A stretch of 64,000 bases of DNA from Catajapyx aquilonaris. Taxonomy: Eukaryota. The first letter of the stretch is position 1, and every line of letters begins with the position of its first letter. Positions 42,101-54,100 of this stretch are shown here, in pieces. The notes beneath the pieces were generated by a model. It did not search any database, was not told the origin of the DNA, and saw only the letters and a program-made list of their open reading frames with translations. Position numbers and translations under genes: made by a program. The DNA lies in assembly GCA_000934665.2 (NCBI GenBank), contig KZ538868.1, forward strand, positions 124,001-188,000. The letters run 5' to 3'.

Positions 42101-45100
42101 AAGCCTATACTGGACGGTGCACACATATTAGCCCCCTCCCCCCAGAACACCCCGTAATTAGACAGTTAAACTATGGCATTGCATATGTACTTAATTTATT
42201 GACTGTTACAGGCCGACAGAAGTACATTAGTATGGGGATTTTAATAAGTGAACCGGTGGAGAGAGATGGGAGACAACTGTCAAAGACATTTGCTGTGTAT
42301 ATGTGGAGAATATACTGTGTTCAGACGGAGGGTTTTTAATATAGCTCTTTGAGGCCTACGTTACTTGTGTCACATGTTTATGAGGCCAGGAATCTTTGAT
42401 GAGGTCAGATGCCTTCTCCCCGATCATGATGGCCGGAGCATTGGTGTTTCCGCTGACCAATGTTGGCATGATGGCACAGTCGGCCACCCTCAGACCCCTG
42501 ATTCCTCTGACTCTGAGAAGGGGGTCCAGGACGGCGCCTGGGTCACTGTCATGACCCATCTTGCACGTCCCCACTGGGTGGTACACGGTCAGGGTGTGAT
42601 GTAGTAGCATGCATTCCCAGTAGCCGTCGGTGAAAGGCACGTGATTCTCGCAGCCTGGGAAAGGCTTCATCCACAGATCCGCCTTTATTGCTTGAAGAGC
42701 TCTCGTTCGCGTCATTTGTTCCGCAATTTTGCAGCCCTCTATTAGCACTTTCATGTCGTCCTCGTGCGTGAAATAGTTTGGGTATATCACTGGATGGACG
42801 TCGGGGTCTGAACTCTTCAGTAAGAGCTGACCCCTGCTTTTTGGTCGTAGGAGGACTGGAGCTGAGAGCCACGCTTCTCTCTCAAGTATATCCCCATAAA
42901 CTGCCATGAATGCTTTCTTGCTCAGTGCGAATGGTGGTCTCATTGGCGCCATAGGGTCACCCAAAGGCGATGTACTAATCGTGATGATCTGAATGTCAGG
43001 CCAGTCTTTATCAGGATTGCTGTACTTGGTGTGAACGAAACCCATCACTTCTGCTCCGCCTGGGGTGCTCAAGGCACTGGGAGCATGAGCCATCCAGGTC
43101 TACGAAGGAATGAATCAATTTTAATTTATGTGTGTATGTAATCGGATACATGAGGTTTTTTTAAGAACGACCCCGTGGTTACGGCATGCATCGCATTCGC
43201 TTTTCTTGTGTAAAAGTTAGACCGTATTAAGTTTCACATGCAATGTAGCATGACTGTAAAGATCCAGACCGTCATTATTTCTCAGTGCTACTATTTGAAG
43301 CTCGTCCAGTTAATTTTACTCTTTGCACATGTGTAACAGGTTAATATTTCAATGCCATACTAATTATGATTACGTACCAAGACACTGAAAGGGTGAAGAG
43401 CGCTCAATGGTTCCAACGCTCCTCCTGTGTTGGCCAACACGTAAAGAAACGTGGCGACATGGTCTTGCAGGTTCTGCCCAACTCCTGGCAGGTCATGTAT
43501 CGCTTGGACACCTGCGTCTTGCATATTCTTCTTGGGCCCTATTCCCGATAGCATAAGGAGATGCGGTGATCCGATGGCCCCAGCACAGAGGATGACTTCT
43601 TTACGGGCAAGGGCCAGGAACACCTTCCCATCATGCCTGAAAAACACTCCTTTTGCCTGTCTCGTCTTTTCTGAAATAAGAAGTGGCAGGTTGAATATGG
43701 AGACTTACTACCGTAGTGAATATTTACTACAGGTTGTGAGTAGCATGATTCCTCTAGGATTTAGATTTTTCTACCAATTTATATGACTGATTTGGCGATG
43801 TCAGCTCCATCACGGATATGCATTACTTTCACGTTATTTTTCACCTGGGTATACGTTTGGCCTAAACGTTTTTGACAGATCTAGCAGAGAAACATATGTG
43901 AACAATGATAAATGGCTACGACTGACCGTCAATATGAACCTTAAGCGCTTGTGCAAAAGTAGCAATATGGAGATTTCGTCTTCCTTTGATGGGGTCCAGA
44001 AAGGCCCTGGCGGTGCTACACCGCGCACCTCCCCTGGTGGTACGCTGCATGAGCATGAATCCTGTCTGGTTCATCCCGTTGCAATCTCTCTTCGGGTATC
44101 CCATCTCCTTGCCTGCTTCTATCAGGATGTCCGCCAGTTTGGACTTGAACGGATCCGATCCCTGCACACCCAGGTAGCCTCCCTTTCCGTGGTATTCCAT
44201 ATCCACTCCATCCATGTCACCGCTATAGTCTTCGGACTTTTTGAAGTATGGCAGCAAATCATCATAACCCCACCCTGGATTTCCCAGGGACCTCCACAGG
44301 TCGTAGTCGTGTCTGTTTCCCCTGACATACTGCATGTAGTTGAGCACGCTGCTTCCTCCGAGCACTTTGCCCCTGGCCCAGTAGGAGGTCTGGTTGTCCA
44401 AAGCGAGGCAGGTCCGACCGTCTTTCTCCGGGTAATATCCCCAATCGATGGGTGTCCTCTGCCCCAACAGGGCCAAGAAGGGCACGTCTGTCATCCTTGG
44501 TGCCTCTCCACCCGCCTCGATCAACAGCACCTTCCACTCGGGCACTTCGGAGAGCCGGTTGGCAACCACCGCCCCCGCTGACCCAGCGCCCACCACGATG
44601 AAGTCGAATTCGCCATAAGGGCTGGATCCCTCCGTCATGTCAACAGAAGCGGTCAAAGCAGTCAAGAGTACCATCATCATCATGCCTTTTTCCATGAGTG
44701 GGACTTCTCACCTACATAATGGCCAAGAAGTGACGAGAAAATGAGTTTGATTCATAGGGTTGATTATGAGGAAGGATTATGAGTCCTGATTACTCTCGGT
44801 ACAGTGATCACTGATCAGAACATGATTTCCACACTGCACAGTATAGCCTGGTAGTGTCGTAAATATCGACCATATAATTTTAGTGCTTTTACGCGCCTAT
44901 TCTAGGATGCTACGTAATGGACAGGTTTTGTGACAGGTTGTAATCTTATAGTTTGTCTTACCGACCACCTTCACTTCTTTCCATATAGAAATTTGGCATT
45001 ACTGATGCTGCTGACCAATGCGTGCTCCGACATTTACACACGGTTGCGGTGCGCGTAAAGTGATGTCTAACCCTAATAAGGCCGGCGAAAGTTGAAATGA

Positions 45101-48100
45101 AACTGCTCTAGATCTACCTGCTAGGATGCGTGATGCAGGTCCCCTACCGACTGAAATTGTCGAATTTAAAAGCAATGAGTTAACCATACTGCTTTAGTTA
45201 TATCATAGTAATTTTTCGCTCGCAATATTTGTCCTTGCCATGTGCATGCCAGGAAGAATAAACTAACAAGAGGTTACGTGTGCAATTATTTCGCATGACC
45301 TCAACGCGTGGGTGACTTGTGCTCCAAGCTATATGCTTAACGTCATTTAAATGTGTATCAATGTCACATTTTATGTTGATCACTCTTAAGGAAATTCACA
45401 CGTAGGTTTACACCGACCGGTATAATCGGCAATATTTCCTGTAGGTAGCTCTTTGATGTTTTGTCATCATGTATCTTATGTAACTTAGAATTGCTGCATT
45501 ATAGTTACGTAACCGCTGGGTTTATTTTTAGATGCGGGTGAGTAAGTTGTTTATGAGTGGGCGTTATTCGTTTTCTTTTTTTTTATAATAGAAAAAAAAC
45601 ATATTCAAGGTAATTCCGCTGGAAATGTTATGAAGGAATAATTGCTGCGATTATAGTATATACAGCTGGTGATAGAGATTCTATCCGGTTTTGTTCATAT
45701 ATTGTTTGTTGTTTATAAAGCAGTTGGTACGTACTTTCTGACAATTATCTTTAAGACTTAAAAAATAACCGATGTCTATATTATTGGAATTTACGCATCC
45801 TTTTAAATTACTGTGTAGGGGGGGGGGGCAAAAATTCATCAACTGCCCTTCATTTAACGTTTCATTCAACTAAAGTATATGAAGCTGACTGTCAGTATCA
45901 TTAGGATTTTTTAAGTAACTGGTGTCCAAAAAAAATGCTGCTCATAATTTGACGAGGTGTTAAGGGTATTTATTATTGTCAGTATGGAATCGATTTAATT
46001 CACAATAGCAAAACTTAAAATGTGTCAGAAATAGGCGAAGATGTACTCGCAGAATATGATCCGTTCAACTGCAAATTGTTTGATTCAGAGCTCGTCTTGC
46101 TGCCGTCTTTTCACTTCTGCTCCCCAATCTTCCTTGATGAGGTCAGCTCCCTTCTCTCCGATCATGATGGTTGGAGCATTGGTGTTTCCGCTGACCAAGG
46201 TTGGCATGATGGAAGCGTCTACCACCCGAAGGCCCTTAATTCCTCTTACTCTGAGTCGCGGGTCCAGGACAGCTTGGTCGTCAGTGTCTGGTCCCATCTT
46301 GCAAGTTCCGACGGGGTGATACGTGGTCATTGTTAAATGCCGAATGTGACACTCCCAAAAGTCATCAGAACCGAACTCATGGCCCTCGCAACCTGGGAAT
46401 GGTCGCTTCCAGATTTCAGATTTGATTCCTTGCAAAGGTTCTGTTCTCGCCAGTTCGGCCAGAAACTTGCAGCCCTCTACCATTGTCTTTACATCCTGTT
46501 CGTCAGAGTAATAATTGGGATACATAACTGGGTGTGACTCTGGGTCTAAGCTTTTCAGCTGAAGATATCCCCTACTTTTTGGCCGCATAAGAATAGGAAC
46601 AGCTGACCAGGCTTCCTTTCCCATTATGTCACCGAAATTCGATTGGAAAGCATCCTTCGCTATTGAATACGGTGGTCTCTCCATGGCGCTTGGGTCACCC
46701 AGAACAGATGTGCTCAGGGCAATAAACTGGACGTCTGGCCAGTCTTCAGAAGGGTTGCTGTACTTGGTGTGGAAGAAACCCATGACATCGATGGTGGCTG
46801 GAACGCTTAGGGGACTGGATCTATGACTTAACCACGACTGAAATGAACAGTGACAACGGGAATTGTTAGTGCATTATACGAAATCAAACGAGAGCATAGA
46901 GTATATCTATGTGTTACCAAGAGGTTGTGAGGATGTAGCGCTTTTGGTACGTCCATAATCCCCCCTGTTTCGCCCATGAATAGAAGTGCTGTGGTCACGT
47001 GGTCTTGCAAGTTTTGCCCCACTCCTGGAAGGTCCTGAACCACCAAAACACCGATGTCGTCCAAATGCTTCTTGGGTCCTACGCCTGACAAAAGAAGCAA
47101 CTGCGGCGATCCAATGGAGCCTGCAGAGAGCACGATTTCTTTCCTGGCTCTCGCGACGAAGAGTCTTCCATCTTTCTTGAACACCACGGCCTTCGCTTGC
47201 TTGGTCTCTGCTGTAATGGATTAAACTAATTACGTAAGATGCGAAGAACAAATATGTATGATTGTTACCGTCGATATGGATTCGGTGAACGTGGGAGAAT
47301 GTAGAGATGTGAAGATTCCGTCTTCCTCTGATCGGATCAATGAAAGCTTTGGCTGTACTACATCGTTCTCCGTCCCTTGTGGTCCGTTGTGACAACATGA
47401 ATCCCGTCTGAGTCTTCCCGTTGCAATCGCGAATTTCGTATCCCATCGCCTTGGCTCCCTCCAATAAAATGTCCGCCAATGGTGTCTTAAAAGTTCCTGT
47501 TCCCTGCACAGTCAAATACCCCCCTTTTCCGTGATAATCCATGTCTTCCGGGTGGTCCTTCTCGCCTTGGAAATCTTCAGACTTCTTGAAGTATGGCAGC
47601 ACATCATCGTAACCCCACTTAGGATTGCCCAGGGACTCCCACAGGTCGTAGTCACGTCTGTTGCCCCTCACGTATTGCATGTAGTTAAGCACGCTGCTTC
47701 CTCCGAGCACTTTGCCTCGGGGCCAGAAAGAGACCTCGTTGTCCAGGGACAGGCAGGTGCTGCCATCCTTTTCTGTGTAATAGCTCCAGTCGATGTCGGT
47801 CTTCTGTAGAATTGGAGCCAAGTAAGGCACTTGGGCTATCCTAGGTTCTTCACCTCCTGCTTCCACCAACAGCACTTTCCATTCTGGGACCTCCGAAAGG
47901 CGGTTGGCCAAAACAGCTCCTGCGGATCCCCCACCCACCACCACAAAGTCAAACTCTCCGTACGGTTCTGGATCATGGGCTGCTGCTCCTGACGCCAGGA
48001 GAGCTACCAAGGCGGAAAAGACGACAGCTGCCTTCATGGCGTCTTCAATAGTTCTGTCTTCTCCACAATGGGACTGGGGAATATATTTCAGTCATGGCAG

Positions 48101-51100
48101 AGTTAACCTTCTGATAAGTTCTTATCGTCCGACTGGGGGAGGAGTGAGATTTTCTAAAATGAGTGTATTTGAGAGACAAGATAGCGATAATACTTGAACT
48201 TCAGCTGCGACCTTTGATTAAGATAGTGTCAAGTACGTACTATACATGAAGCAGGGTGCTGGTACAAACTGCATTTGATCACTCGTACTGTACTACTAGG
48301 CTATATTTCAATTGGATTTTTTTTTGCATTACCCCATTGGGAGTTACATCTCCTTTAGGGGGGGTGGAATACCACCAGTACCAGGTGTGACAAGAACTTG
48401 AAGGTTGAAATAGACAGTTTCAAAGTGGTCGAATGCAATCTTTCATTTACATTGCAACGTGGTAGTACACGAAGACAAGAACGAACATTTATTGCAATAG
48501 TGTGAAATCCTTTAACAGTTGTAAAGTTCTGCAACGAAATAATTTTAGTCCTATTGGATTTTTTTTGCGTGAAGAGAAGCGCACTCACCGTGATACAATT
48601 AGTGGTGCAACTCAATTTAATACGATCCACTTGCCAGCTGATGGAGTATAGTATTGCAGGACTAAACGCGAACACGAGGTGCACCGTGTCCGGCAAGGAA
48701 AACGTTGTGTAATACCTGTAAGTAACCAATTAGCGCGTGGGAAAACTACATCCAGTCAGATACGGACATTTTTATACCCCATGTAGCATGTAATGTGTTT
48801 GAAGCAATCATGTAATTATGATAATTAAGCTGATGATATATATGCTGCAGGGAAGTTACTTCCTTGTTGACGATTGTGAAACGTTCTTCTCAGGGTGCGC
48901 GGTCTGTAGTATAGTGACGGAGACTACCGTATGAAGGAGGGAGAAATGCAACCAGGTAACCGACCACATTTCGTTGGTGCACACTGTGCTGAATTTAGCC
49001 TTCATATTAGAAGGATATCGTGCCTCTCAAAGTGCATGCTTTACGCTGAACAATCCGGTTGTGAGGGTTGAATCGATAATACGTACAAATAAAGATGAAC
49101 ATACTCGTCACGTAATGACCATGAACTACCGGTACTTAGAACGTGTTACTCAAGCTCGTGTGCAATTACAAGAAAAACAATATCATTAAACAAAACTAAA
49201 TTGAAACGTGCTGAAATTAAATACAGCTCTCCTGGTGATATTTTGCGCAAAGGTCAACTGGTCAACTAATCTGAGGCCTAATGACCACAAATTGTTTCTA
49301 AAGCCAATTGGGTTACTTTGGTTCTGGATTGAAGTCAGACTACTATGGGACATTTTTTCACTCGCCTAATGTTGTTGTGTGGGTTATCGAATGATTATTA
49401 TGTCAGCTGAGACTGAGGCTATATCTGATAATTATATATTATCCTTTGTTTGCGAAACTCTTGAACACGCCCTTGGGGCAATATAACATTGCACAGATGG
49501 ATCTACTGTATAACATTTTATTCCAGTGCAACTGAATTCAATGCGTATGATTATTGCACTGCTGTAAGGGAAAGAGAATCACAGAATATGCACATAAATT
49601 ATCATGCTAACTAATTGCAAAGTCTGTGTAGTCAATTCTTGTTGCAGTTCTTTGGTAGCCTATTATTATTATGACATTTGTATAGATTGTTTTCGAAATT
49701 AGGGAAGCCCTGGAATGATAGCGAAAATATCTAGCTTACTTTATATTTGCCGACGGCCTTGTGGGCTGCCTCTCTGCACAATATTTTAGGAGTATTAAAT
49801 TGACAGACAACAGAAGAACGGCTTGAATCTCAGCAGGTAGCGTCAAAGGCATGTTTCCCAACTCAGCTCTGCCAAGACGTGACTAGTTTTTCCATCAAAA
49901 CCAATTAGTCATTTATGGAGATATTTTTCTACCGGTCTTAGCCTTAGGCATACAGTAATTTGCCCAAATTTGTGTCAATGATTATTGAGTGTGTGTGACA
50001 GGCATATGCATATGGTGTTGCTAATCTTGTGGCCTCAAATAGCTAATATCTGTTACTATTTCTGCCTTTATAAAGTCTCCATCAAGTTCAGATAACATTA
50101 ATTACCTATGTGTGTTCTTATACCGGGAGTATACGTTGAAGTACCAGGTATATGATAAAAATTAACAATAAGCAACTCAAGGCAACACCTGATCACAACG
50201 GATAACAATTCATTTATTTCATTTGGAAGTCCAGAGAGTGTCAGAGTTCTTTATCTGCTTTCTTAGGAGAAGGCTGTTTCGGTTTGGGTTGTTGTCCCGC
50301 AGCCTTCCAGTCCTCCTTGATCATGTCTGCGGCCTTCTCTGCGATCATGATGGCCGGAGCGTTGGTGTTTCCACTGACCAATTCGGGCATGACGGAGGCG
50401 TCGACCACCCTGAGTCCCTCGACGCCCCTCACTCTTAGGCGGGGGTCCAGCACAGCCTCCTTGTCCGAATCCGGACCCATCTTGCAGGTGCCCACGGGGT
50501 GGTAGAGGGTCATGGTGAACTGCCTGACGTAGCACTCCCAGAAGGCGTCTGTTCCGGGCTTGTGCTTCTCGCATCCGGGGAAAGGCCCCGTCCAGAGGGT
50601 GGCGTTGAGGGAGGACAGGGCTGGGGCCTCTCCCACCTTGGTGGACAACTGGATGCCCCTCACCAAGGTGGCGACGTCATCCGGGTGCTGGAAGTAGTTG
50701 GTCTGGATGTCCGGGTAGGCCTCCGGATCGTTGCTGGACAGGCGGAGGTGACCGCGGCTCTTGGGACGCAGCAGAGTGGGAATGATCACCCAAGATTCGC
50801 GTCCAAAGTGTTGAGAGAATGACGCGTGGTAGACCTGCGGGTCAAGGCCGAATGGTGTCGGCTTTATCTCGCCCAGTGCCAAGAACGACGTGCTCTGGAA
50901 ATGGATCTGGATGTCGGGCCACTCTTTGTCTTTGTTCGCGTCGGTGTTGACGAAGGCGAGGACCTCCACACCTCCCGCTGAAGTTAGCAGGCCCTTTCCG
51001 TTCATCAGCCAGTTCTGTCGTGAGGGGAAAAAATGTGTCAAGTTGCAGATAGTGTGTATAGATGTTAATCGCATGGTGCCCTAGGTCCGTACTGTATATT

Positions 51101-54100
51101 GTAATATGAAGTTCCAAATCAGCAAACATGTTACTTGTGTAGTTCCAATTTAGTAATGACCTCGATGATGCCGTCCATTGTAACTTTAAACAGTCGCACT
51201 ATACCTACCCAAAAGCTGGGAATGGTGAGGGCGTTCTTGGGGCTGGAGTCAATTTCAATGTCTGTTAGATAGATCATGGGTGCGACAAGGTGATCCTGCA
51301 AGTTGGCACCCACCCCTGGAGAGTGGTGCACCAAAGGAACCCCCACATCTTCCAGGTGATCCTTAGGGCCAACTCCTGACAGCAGCAGCAGTTGGGGAGA
51401 TCCCACCGCTCCAGCTGACAGTATCACTTCCTTCCGGGCTCGAACAGTGCGAATGACCCCATCTTGCTTGTAGGAGACTCCGTACGCCTTCTTGTCCTTG
51501 GCTGAAATAAACCAAAGCATATTGTATTATACGTATCATCACCACAGCACCTGTTTGCCAAGTGTATCACAACTGACGGAACTTACGATTAATTAGGACT
51601 TTGTGAACCGTGGCAAAAGTAGCCACGTGCAGGTTGGGCCTCCGACTTCCCCGAATTGGGTTAAGGAAGGCCGTGTCGGTGTCGCATCTGCCTCCGTCCC
51701 TGGTGGTGGTCTGGGCAGGCATGAACCCGACCTGGTGCCGTCCGTTGAGGTCCCTTACAGCGTACCCCATCTCCTTTCCGGCCTGCAGGAACCTCCTGGC
51801 CATCTCCGACTTGTCTACCGTCTCCACGGTCAGAGGACCCACAGTCCCGTGGAAGTACTCGTGGTCGTCCTTCTCCAGCGGAGGGGAGTCGGCGGGGGGT
51901 CGTCGCCACCCCTCCGCCTTCTTGAAGTATCGCAGTGCCTCGGAGTATCCCCATCCGGTGTTGCCCAGGGACTCCCATCGGTCGTAGTCCCTGCGATTCC
52001 CCCTGACATACAGCATGTAGTTGAGCAGACTGGAGCCTCCCAGCCCCTTTCCTCTGGGCCAGAAGGAGCGTCGTCCGGCCATGGCCCCGCAGGTGTCCTC
52101 GGGACAGCGGGCGTAGTAGGCAAAGTCCAGCGGGCTGTGCTGGACCATGAAGGCGGTGTAGGGGATGCGACAGGAGAGCCAGGCGACAGGTCCTGCGCTC
52201 TGTGCGGGCCCGCCTGCGTCCAGCACCAGGACGGACCACTTGGAGTTCTCCGAGAGTCTCCTGGCCATGACGGCCCCTGCACTGCCCGCTCCCACCACCA
52301 CGAAGTCGTACTCGTCCATCACTGGGTCCCCGAATGTTCCCCCTGCCGAGAACCACCACCACCACATCCAGGCCGCCGACATGGCCACCGCCGTCGTCCT
52401 CCACCCCACCATGCTTCAGGCAATGATGGTGCTGCTGTTTGCTCTTTTCTGAATCAGCTGGAGGAAGGTCTGCTCTCACTATACAGTACTGAGCCAGAAA
52501 TGCAGTCTGACCAACCGAAGGGGGAAGAAACAAGAGATTAGTTATGCGATAAAATTCTGTTTCATAACGCTTCTCAAGGGCTCCCATTAATTATATAATT
52601 ATAAGAAATCCTAGGTGTCGCATTGCCACATGCGGTTGCCACCAAGGGGCAGGTGTATTGATGGATACCAATCAAACTTGGTCTGGATGCCGCAATCTCT
52701 GTCGTCAGTGATTTTATTGCAATTTTGTTAAATACGAGCCGTAAATATAGGGAAGCTTGTTGTATAAGATTATATGCAGTTCGATTCCGAGTTCTATGTA
52801 CGACGTATAATAGTAATAGAGGCATTGACGGATGCCCCGATATTTCCAGCAATATCTTTATGAGAACTTAATTATGAAATACGCGGGATATTTTTGAGTC
52901 ATGTAAATGCCTCGCTTATACAAGTATAGAGAGTGCATTACGGATCATTATCGTCCACATGGCCTATAGACTCACAAAGTATTGACACAGCATTTACAAT
53001 GGCATTCTTTTTTAAAAATCTGTTTTAAATTGCAAATGATAGATTGTGCTCTTTTGGGACATATTAGGTACATTAGGTTTGAAAGAGTCCTTAACAATGT
53101 ACGATATAATGAATGTTAGTTATGAATCTTATGATATAACCTACGAGTACAAGTAGATTCAAGGTACCTGTTTCATGTCGAATGTCACCTCTGTAAGGCC
53201 GTGTTGAGCCTAAGTACAGTATACAGCACATGTGCATAGTTGGCATAGGGTAGTATGATGCTTAGATGGTGATTGTTTGTGACTTTGTTTTATTATGCTT
53301 ATGACTCAGAAAGTTTGTTTTGATTATAGTGCTACAATCATGCCTTTGAATGTCGTCTACTTCCCAGTCATTTTTTATCATATAACTTATTTATTATCAT
53401 ATATTTGAGTTCTATTTCTACAACCGGTGAGGTTTACAGATAATGTTACGATCGTCTTTTATTAGTTTTTATGACAATTAATCAGTTTCCTAATCACTAG
53501 GTCATTTTAAGCATGCTTATTACTTTTGTAATAAGACCTGAAAGGCAAAACAACAACTCACAGTGGCATAATATTGATATGATAGGGTGTTTAAGTTTGC
53601 AGAAGACTTTATCCAACATTGGACCTCTCTTTTTCAAACATTATTCTAGATATCTCGATAATTATCTAGAACGTCATTTTCTACCAGAAAAACTGACTTG
53701 ATCGCCAGTATGCTATAGGCAGGCCAACCTTATTAATCTATGAGGTAGGCTACATGTCAAGGGCTACAGTAACATACAGTATTATGCAATGCCTAACACA
53801 AATTAAATCAAAATGTGAATCGAATAATAATTTTGTATCTCAGGTTTTCATTTTCCACATGATACAAATAATTCTGCGTGATGAGCTCTTTTTTTTGTAA
53901 TATGCGACAAAAATGCAACTGAAATCATTCACCTAATATATTGTCCAGTTTTCTGTGTACACACACACGATCAGGTATTTTCTTAATTTTATTATGTACC
54001 GACCTCATTTACTGAACTGAGCTATATTAACTTGAATCAGGTACATTGCGAAATGGGCTGTTTTTGAGGAATGCTAGAATTCATACGTAGAATTAGCCAA

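Noticed and set aside
51603..52587. Long overlapping ORFs (312 aa on +, 308 aa on -) over GMC6 exon 1
   Set aside because: Shadow frames of a GC-rich coding exon with no recognisable motifs.
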